A stretch of 64,000 nucleotides of DNA, taken from Desulfobacterales bacterium. GTDB lineage: Bacteria > Desulfobacterota > Desulfobacteria > Desulfobacterales > UBA11574. Of this stretch, positions 9,310-18,819 are shown piece by piece (within the stretch, counting starts at the first letter, position 1; each line of letters starts with the position of its first letter). The notes under the pieces were generated by a model, which was not told where the DNA came from, searched no databases, and worked only from the letters and a program-made list of their open reading frames with translations. The position numbers and the translations under genes are program-made. The stretch covers positions 11,095-75,094 of the forward strand of contig JAQYVT010000002.1 of assembly GCA_030145345.1 (NCBI GenBank), written 5' to 3'.

Positions 9310-10623
9310 TTATTTTCCACAGCGCTGGAGATCGGTCTGAAACCCATGATACTCGCGTGTTGCTTCCTTTTGGGCCGTGTCGCGCATTTGGTTCATCGTT
9401 TCATAATGGTTAAAAATCAAATCCACCAGGTTTTTATCCAATTCGTCAGCATCCACCATCGCTTGTAAAACCGCTGTGGTGCTTTCCGGGGTCATCCCTT
9501 TCCGATAGGGTCGATCTTCCGTCAAGGCCGTAAACACATCGGCCACGGCCATGATTCTGGAGCCCAGGGGCAGATCGTCCGCCATAAGCCCGAAAGGATA
9601 CCCCGTACCATTGAGCCGCTCTTGATGTAAGGACCCCCAGGAACTTACGGCCCTGAGCATTTCAAACGGTTCAAGAACTTGAAATGTATAATAAACATGG
9701 GAACGCATGATAAACCATTCATCCTCGGTCAGCGTGTCCCGTTTCTCGAGAATTTCAGAAGGGATGGCAAGCTTGCCGAGGTCGTGAAGATACGCGGCGA
9801 TCTCGATAAGCCTGCGTTCGTACCTTGAAAAACCCGCCAATTTGGCCAGTTGAACCGCAACGGCCGCGACGCCACTGGAATGTGACGCCGTAAATTCGCT
9901 TTTGAAATCGATCAGCCGGCATATCAATCGAGAAAAATCCACCAGTTCTTCGATGGTAAGTTCCCTTCTCTGATGCACAACAGTTCGCCTTAAAATCACC
10001 TCGATGGAATCAGATACGGCATCCAGCCAGATATACTCTCGTTTGGCAATTTTTAACAGTGCGTCAACATGTTCAGGAACGAATATCTCGCCGCTTCGCG
10101 CTGAAATTGCATTACAAATTCCGCGAACTTGACCCAGGACCGGCGTCCTCCTCGATATTTGGACCGCCACACGATCCGCCAGATGGATAATATGACTTCC
10201 CATGGGGACGGATTCACCCCCTTGGGTCGCTCCACGTCCATTTTTCCAGGGTACATGATGGAACTTTATCAGTTGGGCCATGGGCGAAAACGGTTTAAAC
10301 GTGTCAAGGATGAGGCTCCCGGCAATGGAATGCTCGCCGGGTTTTGTATCCTCAAATTCCAGCAGGTCGAGTCGATCCTGCAGGGAAAATGCGCCGATAT
10401 CATGCAACGCACCGGCGATATACAGCTCGAACCGGTCGTCATCCGACAAATTTAATTCTTCACTCAATCGATCCGCCAAATAGGCAACCTGCATATGATG
10501 ACTGCCCACGGCCGGGCTCATCATATCGACAATCCTGGCAATCGAAGACACCAGATCGAACATATCCACGCGAAGTTTATGTGAAGACATGATTGTTTTT
10601 CCTTTAAAAAACCGCCGCATCAA
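9310..10623 (-). CDS. Tandem HD-GYP protein (degenerate N-terminal HD domain plus canonical C-terminal HD-GYP phosphodiesterase)
   Basis: The C-terminal half has AAYLHDLGKLAIP ... HQERLNGTGYPFGL ... AVADVFTALTEDRPYRKG. The N-terminal half keeps GALHDIG and KFHH but has no GYP (HHVPWKNGRG). Confidence 0.85.
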   Translation of the reverse strand: MMRRFFKGKTIMSSHKLRVDMFDLVSSIARIVDMMSPAVGSHHMQVAYLADRLSEELNLSDDDRFELYIAGALHDIGAFSLQDRLDLLEFEDTKPGEHSIAGSLILDTFKPFSPMAQLIKFHHVPWKNGRGATQGGESVPMGSHIIHLADRVAVQISRRTPVLGQVRGICNAISARSGEIFVPEHVDALLKIAKREYIWLDAVSDSIEVILRRTVVHQRRELTIEELVDFSRLICRLIDFKSEFTASHSSGVAAVAVQLAKLAGFSRYERRLIEIAAYLHDLGKLAIPSEILEKRDTLTEDEWFIMRSHVYYTFQVLEPFEMLRAVSSWGSLHQERLNGTGYPFGLMADDLPLGSRIMAVADVFTALTEDRPYRKGMTPESTTAVLQAMVDADELDKNLVDLIFNHYETMNQMRDTAQKEATREYHGFQTDLQRCGK

Positions 10624-10644
10624 CCGTTGATGAGGATTGTGCGT

Positions 10645-11469
10645 TCACTTTAAAATTCTCAACCGATGGGTTTCTTTTAATTTCTCCCAGAGTTTTTCTA
10701 TGATCACCCAAATCGCATCGGTCTCATTGAGCGTGTCGTTTCCCGAAACCGTCATGCAAGATTCAAACAACCGTCTATTAACGCCGTTTCGCAACAACCG
10801 GTCTTTTATATATGGACCTAAAGATACATCGAGTCGGACCAATTCCTCTCTTTTTAAATTTGCCAATTGCACGCTATCTTGCAAGTGCATTTCTGATATT
10901 AATTTTACGACGGCTTCATCAACGGTGCTGGGCGGGATAAGGCCTTTGTCATAATAATCCGATGGGTCGTCATCACTCCCAGGTTCACCGGGTTTAGTTT
11001 GGACCAGCCCCAGCAATATTGCACCTTCGACAATGTCCATGGTGTCTTTGTAAATGGTAGAATCTTCGCTGACCCGTGAACCCGTCACATTCAAAACTTC
11101 GATGTTGTTTTCCAAGACCCAAGTGTTTATTTTGGATGCGATGACAAACGTCGAGTTTTCTTTTAAATCCATGTGCAGGCACGGACGGTGATGTTTATCC
11201 GCCATTTTCCGGCTGTATTCAGCACCGCCGGTCGCTTCTCCATGGGAGATGATCACCGTCCCGTCGGAATCGATAACATTCTGTTCAATCCGTTGTTTAT
11301 AGCCGGCGGTGGGCAATTCTTTCAGTTGATATTTTGCAGGCACTATCCCGCTTTGGGTTTTACGGCCTTTCTGAATCCACCCGCCATGGGAAAATCCCAG
11401 TTTTATGGCAACATCCAATGCAGCCTGGTCTGCACCGATTTGACCGCCTGAAATGATTTTTCTAATCAC
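10645..11469 (-). CDS. YpsA-type SLOG-superfamily protein ('putative molybdenum carrier' family) with a ~130-aa C-terminal extension
   Basis: The N terminus IISGGQIGADQAALDVAIKLGFSHGGWIQKGRKTQSGIVPAKYQLKELPTAGYKQRIEQNVIDSDGTVIISHG is the signature of the YpsA/MoCo_carrier SLOG family. It has a GTG start. Confidence 0.8.
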   Translation of the reverse strand: MIRKIISGGQIGADQAALDVAIKLGFSHGGWIQKGRKTQSGIVPAKYQLKELPTAGYKQRIEQNVIDSDGTVIISHGEATGGAEYSRKMADKHHRPCLHMDLKENSTFVIASKINTWVLENNIEVLNVTGSRVSEDSTIYKDTMDIVEGAILLGLVQTKPGEPGSDDDPSDYYDKGLIPPSTVDEAVVKLISEMHLQDSVQLANLKREELVRLDVSLGPYIKDRLLRNGVNRRLFESCMTVSGNDTLNETDAIWVIIEKLWEKLKETHRLRILK

Positions 11470-11641
11470 GCGTTTCCTCCATTACCCGGATCTTCATCCC
11501 CGGCTTAAGTGGAATGTACGTTCCATTTTGGGCGGTAATCCCTAGTTCATGATGCCCGCAGGCATCACATTTGCGTGCGGTTACGATACCTTCAACATAT
11601 TCTGTGCGAGTAGGTTTCTCATTGAAACATTTTTTGTTCAT
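11462..11641 (-). CDS. Small hypothetical protein (59 aa) with a Cys/His cluster
   Basis: Below the track cutoff. My translation is MNKKCFNEKPTRTEYVEGIVTARKCDACGHHELGITAQNGTYIPLKPGMKIRVMEETRD. Its TAG overlaps the GTG start of the SLOG gene (GTGATTAG), suggesting translational coupling. The SD is weak (GGAT). Confidence 0.35.
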   Translation of the reverse strand: MNKKCFNEKPTRTEYVEGIVTARKCDACGHHELGITAQNGTYIPLKPGMKIRVMEETRD

Positions 11642-11820
11642 TGGATATGGATCCTTTTAACTCGAAAATGCCCGAATTACGCCATACAAAATAACGATAC
11701 ACGGTAAAATGCGGATATTCGGGGTTTGTCTGAACATGACGTTGGGTTCAGGGAGTCAGTGGACATTTTTTGAAGATTCTCGATCGAAAGGAATTGAACT
11801 CCATACAGAACAATAAAGAA

Positions 11821-12098
11821 TCCTGGCCCAGAGGACCAGGCTTTGGTTTCACCCCACAGGGGTGTAGTATAAACTTCAACTCAAACAGTTGGAGTGTTGG
11901 AATAATGGGGTGTTGGAGTGTTGGGTCTAAAAACGTAATTTTTCTGAATAAGAATCACAGAAATACTCATGGTACTGATAAAATTGATCATGTTTCTCAA
12001 GCCCATCATCCCATTACTCCATCACTCCATTATTCCGGCAACAAGATTCTCAGGCAGAACCGGAGAACTCTGACCTGGCCCAAAGGACCAGGTTTTTC
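11821..12098 (+). repeat. Structured intergenic element (family C): two near-identical hairpins bracketing a long inverted repeat
   Basis: The first hairpin is CCTGGCCCAGAGGACCAGG (11822-11840). The second is CCTGGCCCAAAGGACCAGG followed by TTTTT (12074-12098). An internal inverted repeat pairs GGAATAATGGGGTGTTGGAGTGTTGGG (11899-11925) with CCCATCATCCCATTACTCCATCACTCCATTATTCC (12001-12035). Confidence 0.55.
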
Positions 12099-12119
12099 AG
12101 GGCAAAATAAATTTTAAAT

Positions 12120-13643
12120 CTACTGTGTGCCGCCATACAACGCTTTTATTTTTTCCCGGTCCGGCGAACCGTCTTCGAGGGTCGGCATATCGGCGACAAA
12201 CTCCACGTATTGGGGCTTTTTATAACTGGCGATACGCCCGCCGACAAACTGTATAAGATCCTGAGGCTCCAATCTTTCATCAGCTTTTACCCGGCAGACG
12301 GCCTTGATCCCCTCTTTCCATTTGGGATCGGGAACCCCGAAGACAACCGCTTTTTCAACGGCCGGATGCTGTAGAATCACTTTTTCGACTTCTGCAGGAT
12401 AGACGTTTTCTCCGCCCGGCTTTATAAGCTCTTTCTCCGCCTTACGGCCTGAATACCAAAGAAAACCATCCGCATCAAAGCGGCCCAAATCTCCGGTGTG
12501 GTGCCACCCTTCTCGGAATGTGTAGGCGGTATCTTCCGGAAGATTCCAGTATCCTTTAAAAACCAAAGGCCCCTTCAGGGTGATTTCACCCACCTGTCCG
12601 TTTGGAACCGGACGATCATACGCATCCACAAGTCTCACATTTCCAAGGGGTATGGTTTTCCCGGCCGATCCCGGTCTGTCGTTGTAACGCCCCAGGGTGG
12701 CCAAACCGGTGGTCTCCGTTTGTCCGTAAATGGTATAAAACGTGCCGCCGGTAAGGTGTTGATATTTCTCGATGGTCTCCGGAGCATCCAGCCCCATAAC
12801 CGCTCTGAGGCTGTTGATATCTTTACCGGTTTTTTCGTGCGCCTCGAGAATGGAAGCGAGTATCGGCGAAAAATCGAAAAAAATGGAAACCTTTTTATCT
12901 TCGATGAGTTCAACCGCCTTTTCAGCTTCAAATTTGCTCATGTTTACGTTCAGAGCACCGGCTTGAAAGCTGTTCAAGGCCATAAAAAGACCGCCAACAT
13001 GGAACATGGGCAGAAGATTTAAATGAACGTCTTCCGGTGTCAGATTAAAGCAATGGTTCAAATGCAGACCGGCACACATGAGATTGCCGTGGCTCAGCAA
13101 GGCACCCCTGGGATTTCCTGCCACAGCGGCGGTATGAATCAGAACCAGACCGTCATCACCGGAAATATCTATTGCTTCAAAGTCGCCCGGATTATCGAAT
13201 AAAGAATCAACCGCGATAAAATCTCCGCTTTTGGGTTGGAGATTATAGTAATTTTTTATCGAAGAAAGACGGTCTTTCAAATCCTCGATCAGTGTCTGGA
13301 ACTCTGCATCGACAAACAGCGCTTCGGGCGCACAATCATTCAGGTTAAAATGGATCTCATCGGCTGAAAGTCGCCAGTTAATGGGCAAAACGATTGCCCC
13401 CAACGCAGCCGCCGCGCCATAAAGGAGAAAATACTCACGACTGTTTTTCCCCAGAACCCCGATACGATCGCCTTTTTTAATATTGGATCTTTGCAGACCG
13501 CAGGCCATGCGATCGACCATCTCTTTAACCTGAATGAATGTCATGGTCCGGTTGTCGTCAACCTCGAACCATGCGGCCCTGTCACCAAAACATACGGCGT
13601 TTCTATCGATAAGATCATAAAAAGTAAAATCGTACAGCCCCAT
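12120..13643 (-). CDS. AMP-dependent acyl-CoA synthetase/ligase
   Basis: 507 aa with ANL-superfamily motifs: LIHTAAVAGNPRGALLSH (degenerate A3), YGQTETTG (A5), GDLGRFDADGFLWYSGRK (A8) and a C-terminal YKKPQYVEF. Confidence 0.85.
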   Translation of the reverse strand: MGLYDFTFYDLIDRNAVCFGDRAAWFEVDDNRTMTFIQVKEMVDRMACGLQRSNIKKGDRIGVLGKNSREYFLLYGAAAALGAIVLPINWRLSADEIHFNLNDCAPEALFVDAEFQTLIEDLKDRLSSIKNYYNLQPKSGDFIAVDSLFDNPGDFEAIDISGDDGLVLIHTAAVAGNPRGALLSHGNLMCAGLHLNHCFNLTPEDVHLNLLPMFHVGGLFMALNSFQAGALNVNMSKFEAEKAVELIEDKKVSIFFDFSPILASILEAHEKTGKDINSLRAVMGLDAPETIEKYQHLTGGTFYTIYGQTETTGLATLGRYNDRPGSAGKTIPLGNVRLVDAYDRPVPNGQVGEITLKGPLVFKGYWNLPEDTAYTFREGWHHTGDLGRFDADGFLWYSGRKAEKELIKPGGENVYPAEVEKVILQHPAVEKAVVFGVPDPKWKEGIKAVCRVKADERLEPQDLIQFVGGRIASYKKPQYVEFVADMPTLEDGSPDREKIKALYGGTQ

Positions 13644-13731
13644 AAAAGACCTCGGATATTTTCGCTATTGAACTAAAACAGGTTACCCACGCCAACCGCT
13701 ATGTGGCTGGAATGCGTAACCTGTTGTATGA

Positions 13732-14328
13732 TTAAGGGAACGACGCCTTGAAAGTGGTCACCTGGGTCAGACCGTCTGCTTTGAAAACTGCAGAACCGGC
13801 TTTTACATGAACCGGAACCGCGTATTCCGGAATTCCGGCCCACCATTTTTCAAGCTGATCCCAAGCGTTGGTTCCTTTGGCTTTCAACTGAAAGCCGCCG
13901 GTGACCAGAAGGCTCAACAAAGACTGTCTCACATCAAAGTGAGCATGCACCCGGACTTGGTTTGTCTTGCCGGACGGGATCCACATGGTGTCTGTGGAGG
14001 CCACCGTATTTAGATCGAACTCTTCAAAGGCTATGGTGAATTTTAAGTTCTCCATTTTTACAGCATATTCATTGGGATTTTCAATGTTAAAGATAAACGC
14101 AAGGTCAAGAGGTGCACCAACGTCGTCCGGTTTCCCCTTGGTGGGTTGGACCTTTTTTGAAAAATACCAGTATCCAAAAGCATGGGCGACTTCCATCGAG
14201 TCGAGGGTAACCACCGGCACCTTAAAATTCTCTTGCGTGGGCGTTACCATCGTTCCAGCGCAACCCGACAGCATGGCAGCGATGACGACAACACTCAAAC
14301 ATGTAAGTATAAATGATCTTTTATGCAT
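13732..14328 (-). CDS. Lipoprotein with LEA_2 / WHy-like domain
   Basis: Lipobox MLSGC. The stretch FNIENPNEYAVKMENLKFTIAFEEFDLNT...WIPSGKTNQVRVH matches the v.NPN...l..l.y.l pattern of LEA type-2 domains. Confidence 0.5.
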   Translation of the reverse strand: MHKRSFILTCLSVVVIAAMLSGCAGTMVTPTQENFKVPVVTLDSMEVAHAFGYWYFSKKVQPTKGKPDDVGAPLDLAFIFNIENPNEYAVKMENLKFTIAFEEFDLNTVASTDTMWIPSGKTNQVRVHAHFDVRQSLLSLLVTGGFQLKAKGTNAWDQLEKWWAGIPEYAVPVHVKAGSAVFKADGLTQVTTFKASFP

Positions 14329-14357
14329 TTTATTCCTCCCTTATTCTATATAAAGGG

Positions 14358-15170
14358 TTAGGTGAGCCATCGTTTTCTTCGTTTGTAGTGTTTTACATCC
14401 CGAAAACTTTTACGGCCCCCAACATCGGTCAGCCCCAGATAGAAATCTTTGATATCTGGATTCTCTCGGAGTTTTTCGGCGGTGTCGTCCATGACTATGC
14501 GGCCGTTCTCCATCACATAGGCATACGGGGCAACATTAAGGGCAAGTTTGGCATTCTGTTCCACCAGAAGAATCGATATCTCCTCGTCCTGGTTGAGTTT
14601 TTGTATAATATTGAAAATTTCATGGATAAGAAGCGGCGCAAGGCCCATGGAGGGCTCATCCAGCAGTATCAGTTTGGGGCTGGTCATCAGGGCCCTCCCC
14701 ACCACCGTCATCTGCTGCTCTCCGCCGCTGATAAACCCGGCAGTCTCATTACGTTTTTCCTTAAGACGCGGGAAATAATGGTACACCATGTCGAGTCCAT
14801 CCTTAATGGATCGACCGTATTTTCTCATATGGGCGCCCACTTTCAGGTTCTGCTCCACGGTGAGGTGCTCAAATACCCGTCGTCCCTCGATGACCTGGAC
14901 GATGCCCATCTTGGCGATCTTTTCAGCGCCTGTTTTATCGATCCGCTGTCCCATGAATTCAATCGACCCGTCGGTGACCTCGCCGTCCTCATGTCGCAAG
15001 AGTCCGGAGATGGCCTTTAGGGTCGTACTCTTACCGGCCCCATTGGCGCCCAGAAGGGCCACAATGGCCCCTTTGGGGATTTCAATGGAGACCCCCTTTA
15101 TAACCAGAATGACCTCGTGATACTTGACTTCAATGTTGTTGATCTTTAAGATCATCTCTTCGTTCGACAA
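14358..15170 (-). CDS. Branched-chain-type (HAAT) ABC transporter ATP-binding protein, LivF-like
   Basis: Walker A GANGAGKST, signature ISGGEQQM and Walker B LILLDEPS. Confidence 0.85.
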   Translation of the reverse strand: MSNEEMILKINNIEVKYHEVILVIKGVSIEIPKGAIVALLGANGAGKSTTLKAISGLLRHEDGEVTDGSIEFMGQRIDKTGAEKIAKMGIVQVIEGRRVFEHLTVEQNLKVGAHMRKYGRSIKDGLDMVYHYFPRLKEKRNETAGFISGGEQQMTVVGRALMTSPKLILLDEPSMGLAPLLIHEIFNIIQKLNQDEEISILLVEQNAKLALNVAPYAYVMENGRIVMDDTAEKLRENPDIKDFYLGLTDVGGRKSFRDVKHYKRRKRWLT

Positions 15171-15185
15171 AGCCTTAAAACCTCC

Positions 15186-16433
15186 TTACCATCCGAGCCA
15201 CTCGTCGGCCCATTTCTTCGGCCAGCGACTTTTCAAATCGACTTTTTCAACGATTTGGAATTTGCCGTCTTTGACTTCATAAATCGGCACAATTCCGGCG
15301 ACACGATGATCTGTTGCCGTAAAGTTAACCGGTGCTGCACCCAGACCGATGTCAAAATTTTTCATGGTTTCAAAACCGTTTTTTAGAATGTTCTCACCGC
15401 TCAAGCCTCCGGCTTTATCCGCTCGCTTTAATGCTTCCCATAAGATGAGCACATCACCCCATCCCTGAACCGTATGGACGGAACGCTTCTCCAGAGGAAT
15501 GCCCGGGTTATATTTTTTGGCATACTCCACCACTTTATCCATCATGGGCACATTTTCACCGAAAAATGCACAAACTGACGCCCCCATAACGCCTTCGGCT
15601 GCCTCACCTGCCAATTTCGGAAGATTTTCATCAAATCCCCAGTTATTGGCAATGTGATCCGCTCCAAGACCTAAAGCATAGGCATCACGAACCGTCGCTG
15701 CCACCGACATCACAGTGTTGCCGTGCCAGACGAGATCCGGTTTGAAATCTTTCATGGCCAGAACCTGGCTTTTGGTATCAATGGCAAACAACGAAACAGA
15801 TTGATCCGGGCCGATGTCAAAACCGAGCAGTGTGGCCTGATCCTTGATGGCCTTTATCGGCGCACTGCTATAAGGAGAAGCAAACATATAAGAACAGACA
15901 AGGCGCGGTTTTCTTTTTCCGAAATCTTTGTGTTTGGGCCACTTTTTGTCAAACCAGGCCGTGATAGCCGCTCTGGCGTTGGTTGAATAATCCGTTGCAA
16001 AGAAAAGATTGTACGGGGTTTTTTTCGGATCCGTCAGGTGCGCTGAGTAGGAAGCGGACACATACGGTATTTTATCCTTGGTGATGGTCGGTGACAGTGC
16101 CTCGGTATCACCGGTTCCCCAGCCCAAAACCGCCACGCATTTGAGTCTTTTGAAGAGTTTGTATTTGGTCAGAGCTTCGGGGACACGATAGCCGTAATCA
16201 AACTGATACAGCTTGATCTCCTTGCCGTTGACCCCCCCATTATCATTGACATAATGAATGGCTTCTGCAATGCCCAGGGCATAATCTTTGCCCACATCCG
16301 AGGTCGCGCCGGTCATGTCATTGAGTGCGCCCACGTTAATTTTTGCAGCTCCGGCCATAGAAGAAAATCCAACAAACAAGGCCACAGTAAATATGACTAC
16401 GAAAATCTTTGAACACATATTTTTCCCAAACAT
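15186..16433 (-). CDS. HAAT-family ABC substrate-binding protein (LivK/Peripla_BP_6-like)
   Basis: 415 aa with a signal peptide (FSSMAGA). It has the size and position of a type-I periplasmic binding fold within a Liv-type operon. Confidence 0.8.
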   Translation of the reverse strand: MFGKNMCSKIFVVIFTVALFVGFSSMAGAAKINVGALNDMTGATSDVGKDYALGIAEAIHYVNDNGGVNGKEIKLYQFDYGYRVPEALTKYKLFKRLKCVAVLGWGTGDTEALSPTITKDKIPYVSASYSAHLTDPKKTPYNLFFATDYSTNARAAITAWFDKKWPKHKDFGKRKPRLVCSYMFASPYSSAPIKAIKDQATLLGFDIGPDQSVSLFAIDTKSQVLAMKDFKPDLVWHGNTVMSVAATVRDAYALGLGADHIANNWGFDENLPKLAGEAAEGVMGASVCAFFGENVPMMDKVVEYAKKYNPGIPLEKRSVHTVQGWGDVLILWEALKRADKAGGLSGENILKNGFETMKNFDIGLGAAPVNFTATDHRVAGIVPIYEVKDGKFQIVEKVDLKSRWPKKWADEWLGW

Positions 16434-16642
16434 AATTTCTTTCCCCCTTTTAAGAGAGTAAAATTTCCATCGGGTTCCTTACCAATTCGCGGTCTACCTT
16501 GTTTACCACCTCCTTTTCTTCTTTCATCCAATTCGATCGTTTCAAATGGTGACACACTCATATAAAATCGCTCAAATAAGGTGCCCATATCGTTAAACAG
16601 TTGGATGTAAGGTGCTCGAACACCCAACGTACCTTCTCGATT

Positions 16643-17743
16643 TTAATATGAAAACGGCCACAGGTTGAAATAGTTCTTCATTTGCCACCACCGATAGGCC
16701 AAACCGTTGGGTTCAAAGATCATAAACACACAGATGGCCAAACCAAAAACGGCCTCTTTGATAAACAGAAAGTCAACCAAAAGCTTGGGATAGATATCGG
16801 CCAGCGGTATGACGGCCAGCTGCAACATCTCCATGACGACGACCATGAACACCGACCCGAATATGGTTCCGTGTATGGAACCGACCCCGCCGATGAGGAT
16901 CACGCCCACCAGCCACAGAGACCAAAACCAGGGAAAGTGCTCGGGGCTTATGGCAGCAAGGTTGCTGATCCAGAATGCCCCCGCAACGCCCCCAATAAAC
17001 CCTGCCACGTAAAAGGCCAGAAGTTTATACTTGATAACATTTATTCCCATGACCTCCGCAGAAATGTCATTGTCCCTTATGGCAATCCAGGCCCGGCCCA
17101 CCCTGGACCTGATCAGATTGAGCACACCGATGACACAAACAATCACCAAGACTAGCATCACGAAATAGACCTTAAGGTCACTGTCGATCACCCACGGTCC
17201 GATTTTGATGGTCCCCGGAGGCAAAGAAAAGGCCTGTCCGCGTCCGCCGATCTGACTCACATATCCCGTAATAATAAAATCTACGGTGATGAACTGAGCG
17301 GCCATGGTGGTTAAAATCAGATAAAATCCTTTGACCCTGGCGCAAGGGAGTCCAAAGAGTACACTCCATGCGCCGGATACAATTGCCGCAATGAGGATGC
17401 TGATAGGATAGGCAAGACCCCAGTCCATCAATATTTTCGGCCAGGGAAACTCAAGGATCAGCAGGGTGCTGGTATATGCGCCCACGGCAATAAATGCTGC
17501 ATGACCCAGGGTTATCTGCCCGCAGAAGCCGATCAAAAGCTGTACGCCGATGGCACCGAGAATGGTATATCCAACCAAATTTAGGATGCTGAGTCCATAA
17601 GAATCGGCCACCAGAGGAATGATGACAAACAGGATGATTAAGAGCAGTATCATTTTGGCTTTGATAAATTTCGTCTGCCACCAGGCATGATCGTGAACAT
17701 AATTCTGGTGGTAGGTACCGCATGGAAGCCAGGTTGTTGACAT
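16643..17743 (-). CDS. HAAT-family ABC permease, LivM-like
   Basis: 366 aa polytopic protein. GQITLGHAAFIAVGAY is typical of LivM-type permeases. Confidence 0.85.
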   Translation of the reverse strand: MSTTWLPCGTYHQNYVHDHAWWQTKFIKAKMILLLIILFVIIPLVADSYGLSILNLVGYTILGAIGVQLLIGFCGQITLGHAAFIAVGAYTSTLLILEFPWPKILMDWGLAYPISILIAAIVSGAWSVLFGLPCARVKGFYLILTTMAAQFITVDFIITGYVSQIGGRGQAFSLPPGTIKIGPWVIDSDLKVYFVMLVLVIVCVIGVLNLIRSRVGRAWIAIRDNDISAEVMGINVIKYKLLAFYVAGFIGGVAGAFWISNLAAISPEHFPWFWSLWLVGVILIGGVGSIHGTIFGSVFMVVVMEMLQLAVIPLADIYPKLLVDFLFIKEAVFGLAICVFMIFEPNGLAYRWWQMKNYFNLWPFSY

Positions 17744-17847
17744 AAAAACTCTCTCCGTTCGTTGGTCATTGGCCCCGTGTCATTGGTCACCGGGGAGGAT
17801 TAATGACGTTTTTATCCAATAACAAATGTCAAATGACGAATGACCCG

Positions 17848-18732
17848 TTATACGCGTTCAATCCGCTCCCATCCCCATAATCCATGGGGTTTGAAGAGCA
17901 AAAAGATCGCCATGAAAGCAAAAGGAGCGACCTCTTTTACACCGCCGGGAAAATATCTATCCAGATATGCCCCACAGAGGTTCTGTAATACACCGATGGT
18001 AATGCCGCCCACAATGGCGCCGGGTACGGAATTTAGCCCCCCCAGCACCACCGCAGGGAGAACCAACAGACCGAGGTACCCCACGGATATGTTGAGCCCG
18101 TTGATGTTGCCCAAAAGGGTCCCGCCGACACCGGCGGCCATGAAAGCGATGGCCCAGGCTGCCGCATAGACGAATCTGGCACTCACGCCAAGGGAGAGCG
18201 CAGCCATCTCATCGTCGGCTGTGGCCTGCATGGCAAGGCCCCACCGGGTATATTTAAAAAAACAGACGAAAATGATTAAAAGAATGATGGCGGCCACAAA
18301 ACTCCATAGATAAACCTGACCGATAACGATCTGCCCGATGTGAATCGGCTCAATTGAAAAAACCGGTGGGGTGAATACGCGGGTATCCGTACCCCATATA
18401 AATTCCACGGTTCCCTTAAAGAAAAATGAAAGACCTACGGTGACCATAATCACCGTTAGAACGGGTTCGCCGATGAGCTTGTCCAGAAAAATCCTTTCGG
18501 TGAGTATCCCCAGAACCAGTCCGATAATCAGGGAGCATAAAAGTGCCAGCAAAAAGGGCATGCCCATTGAATAAAAGCTTAAGGAAACATACGCCCCGAT
18601 GAGCGTCAGTTCGCCCATGGCCAGATTCAGCACACCGGAACATTTATATATCAACACCCATCCAAGGGCGACCAGAGCATAAATGCCGCCAACCATAATG
18701 CCCGTGGTAACGGTCATTAAAAAAAGTTCCAT
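17848..18732 (-). CDS. HAAT-family ABC permease, LivH-like
   Basis: 294 aa. The N-terminal GGIYALVALGWVLIYKCSGVLNLAMGE is characteristic of LivH. Confidence 0.85.
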   Translation of the reverse strand: MELFLMTVTTGIMVGGIYALVALGWVLIYKCSGVLNLAMGELTLIGAYVSLSFYSMGMPFLLALLCSLIIGLVLGILTERIFLDKLIGEPVLTVIMVTVGLSFFFKGTVEFIWGTDTRVFTPPVFSIEPIHIGQIVIGQVYLWSFVAAIILLIIFVCFFKYTRWGLAMQATADDEMAALSLGVSARFVYAAAWAIAFMAAGVGGTLLGNINGLNISVGYLGLLVLPAVVLGGLNSVPGAIVGGITIGVLQNLCGAYLDRYFPGGVKEVAPFAFMAIFLLFKPHGLWGWERIERV

Positions 18733-18819
18733 CTTGTCTTCTACCTTTCCATCATGTTATGGGTTGTGATCCATCGGTTGCGGAAAATATTTTTTTGTCA
18801 TCCAGCGATATCCCGCCAT

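Noticed and set aside
11770-12117. The 115-aa ORF covering the family-C element.
   Set aside because: Its sequence is low-complexity and repeat-derived (WSVGIMGCWSVGS...). There is no SD, and it spans two hairpin/terminator structures.
16397-16627. A 76-aa ORF in the 210-nt gap between the LivM-like and SBP genes.
   Set aside because: It overlaps the SBP start in another frame, has no convincing SD, and reads as low-information sequence. The gap itself is noted under the operon finding.
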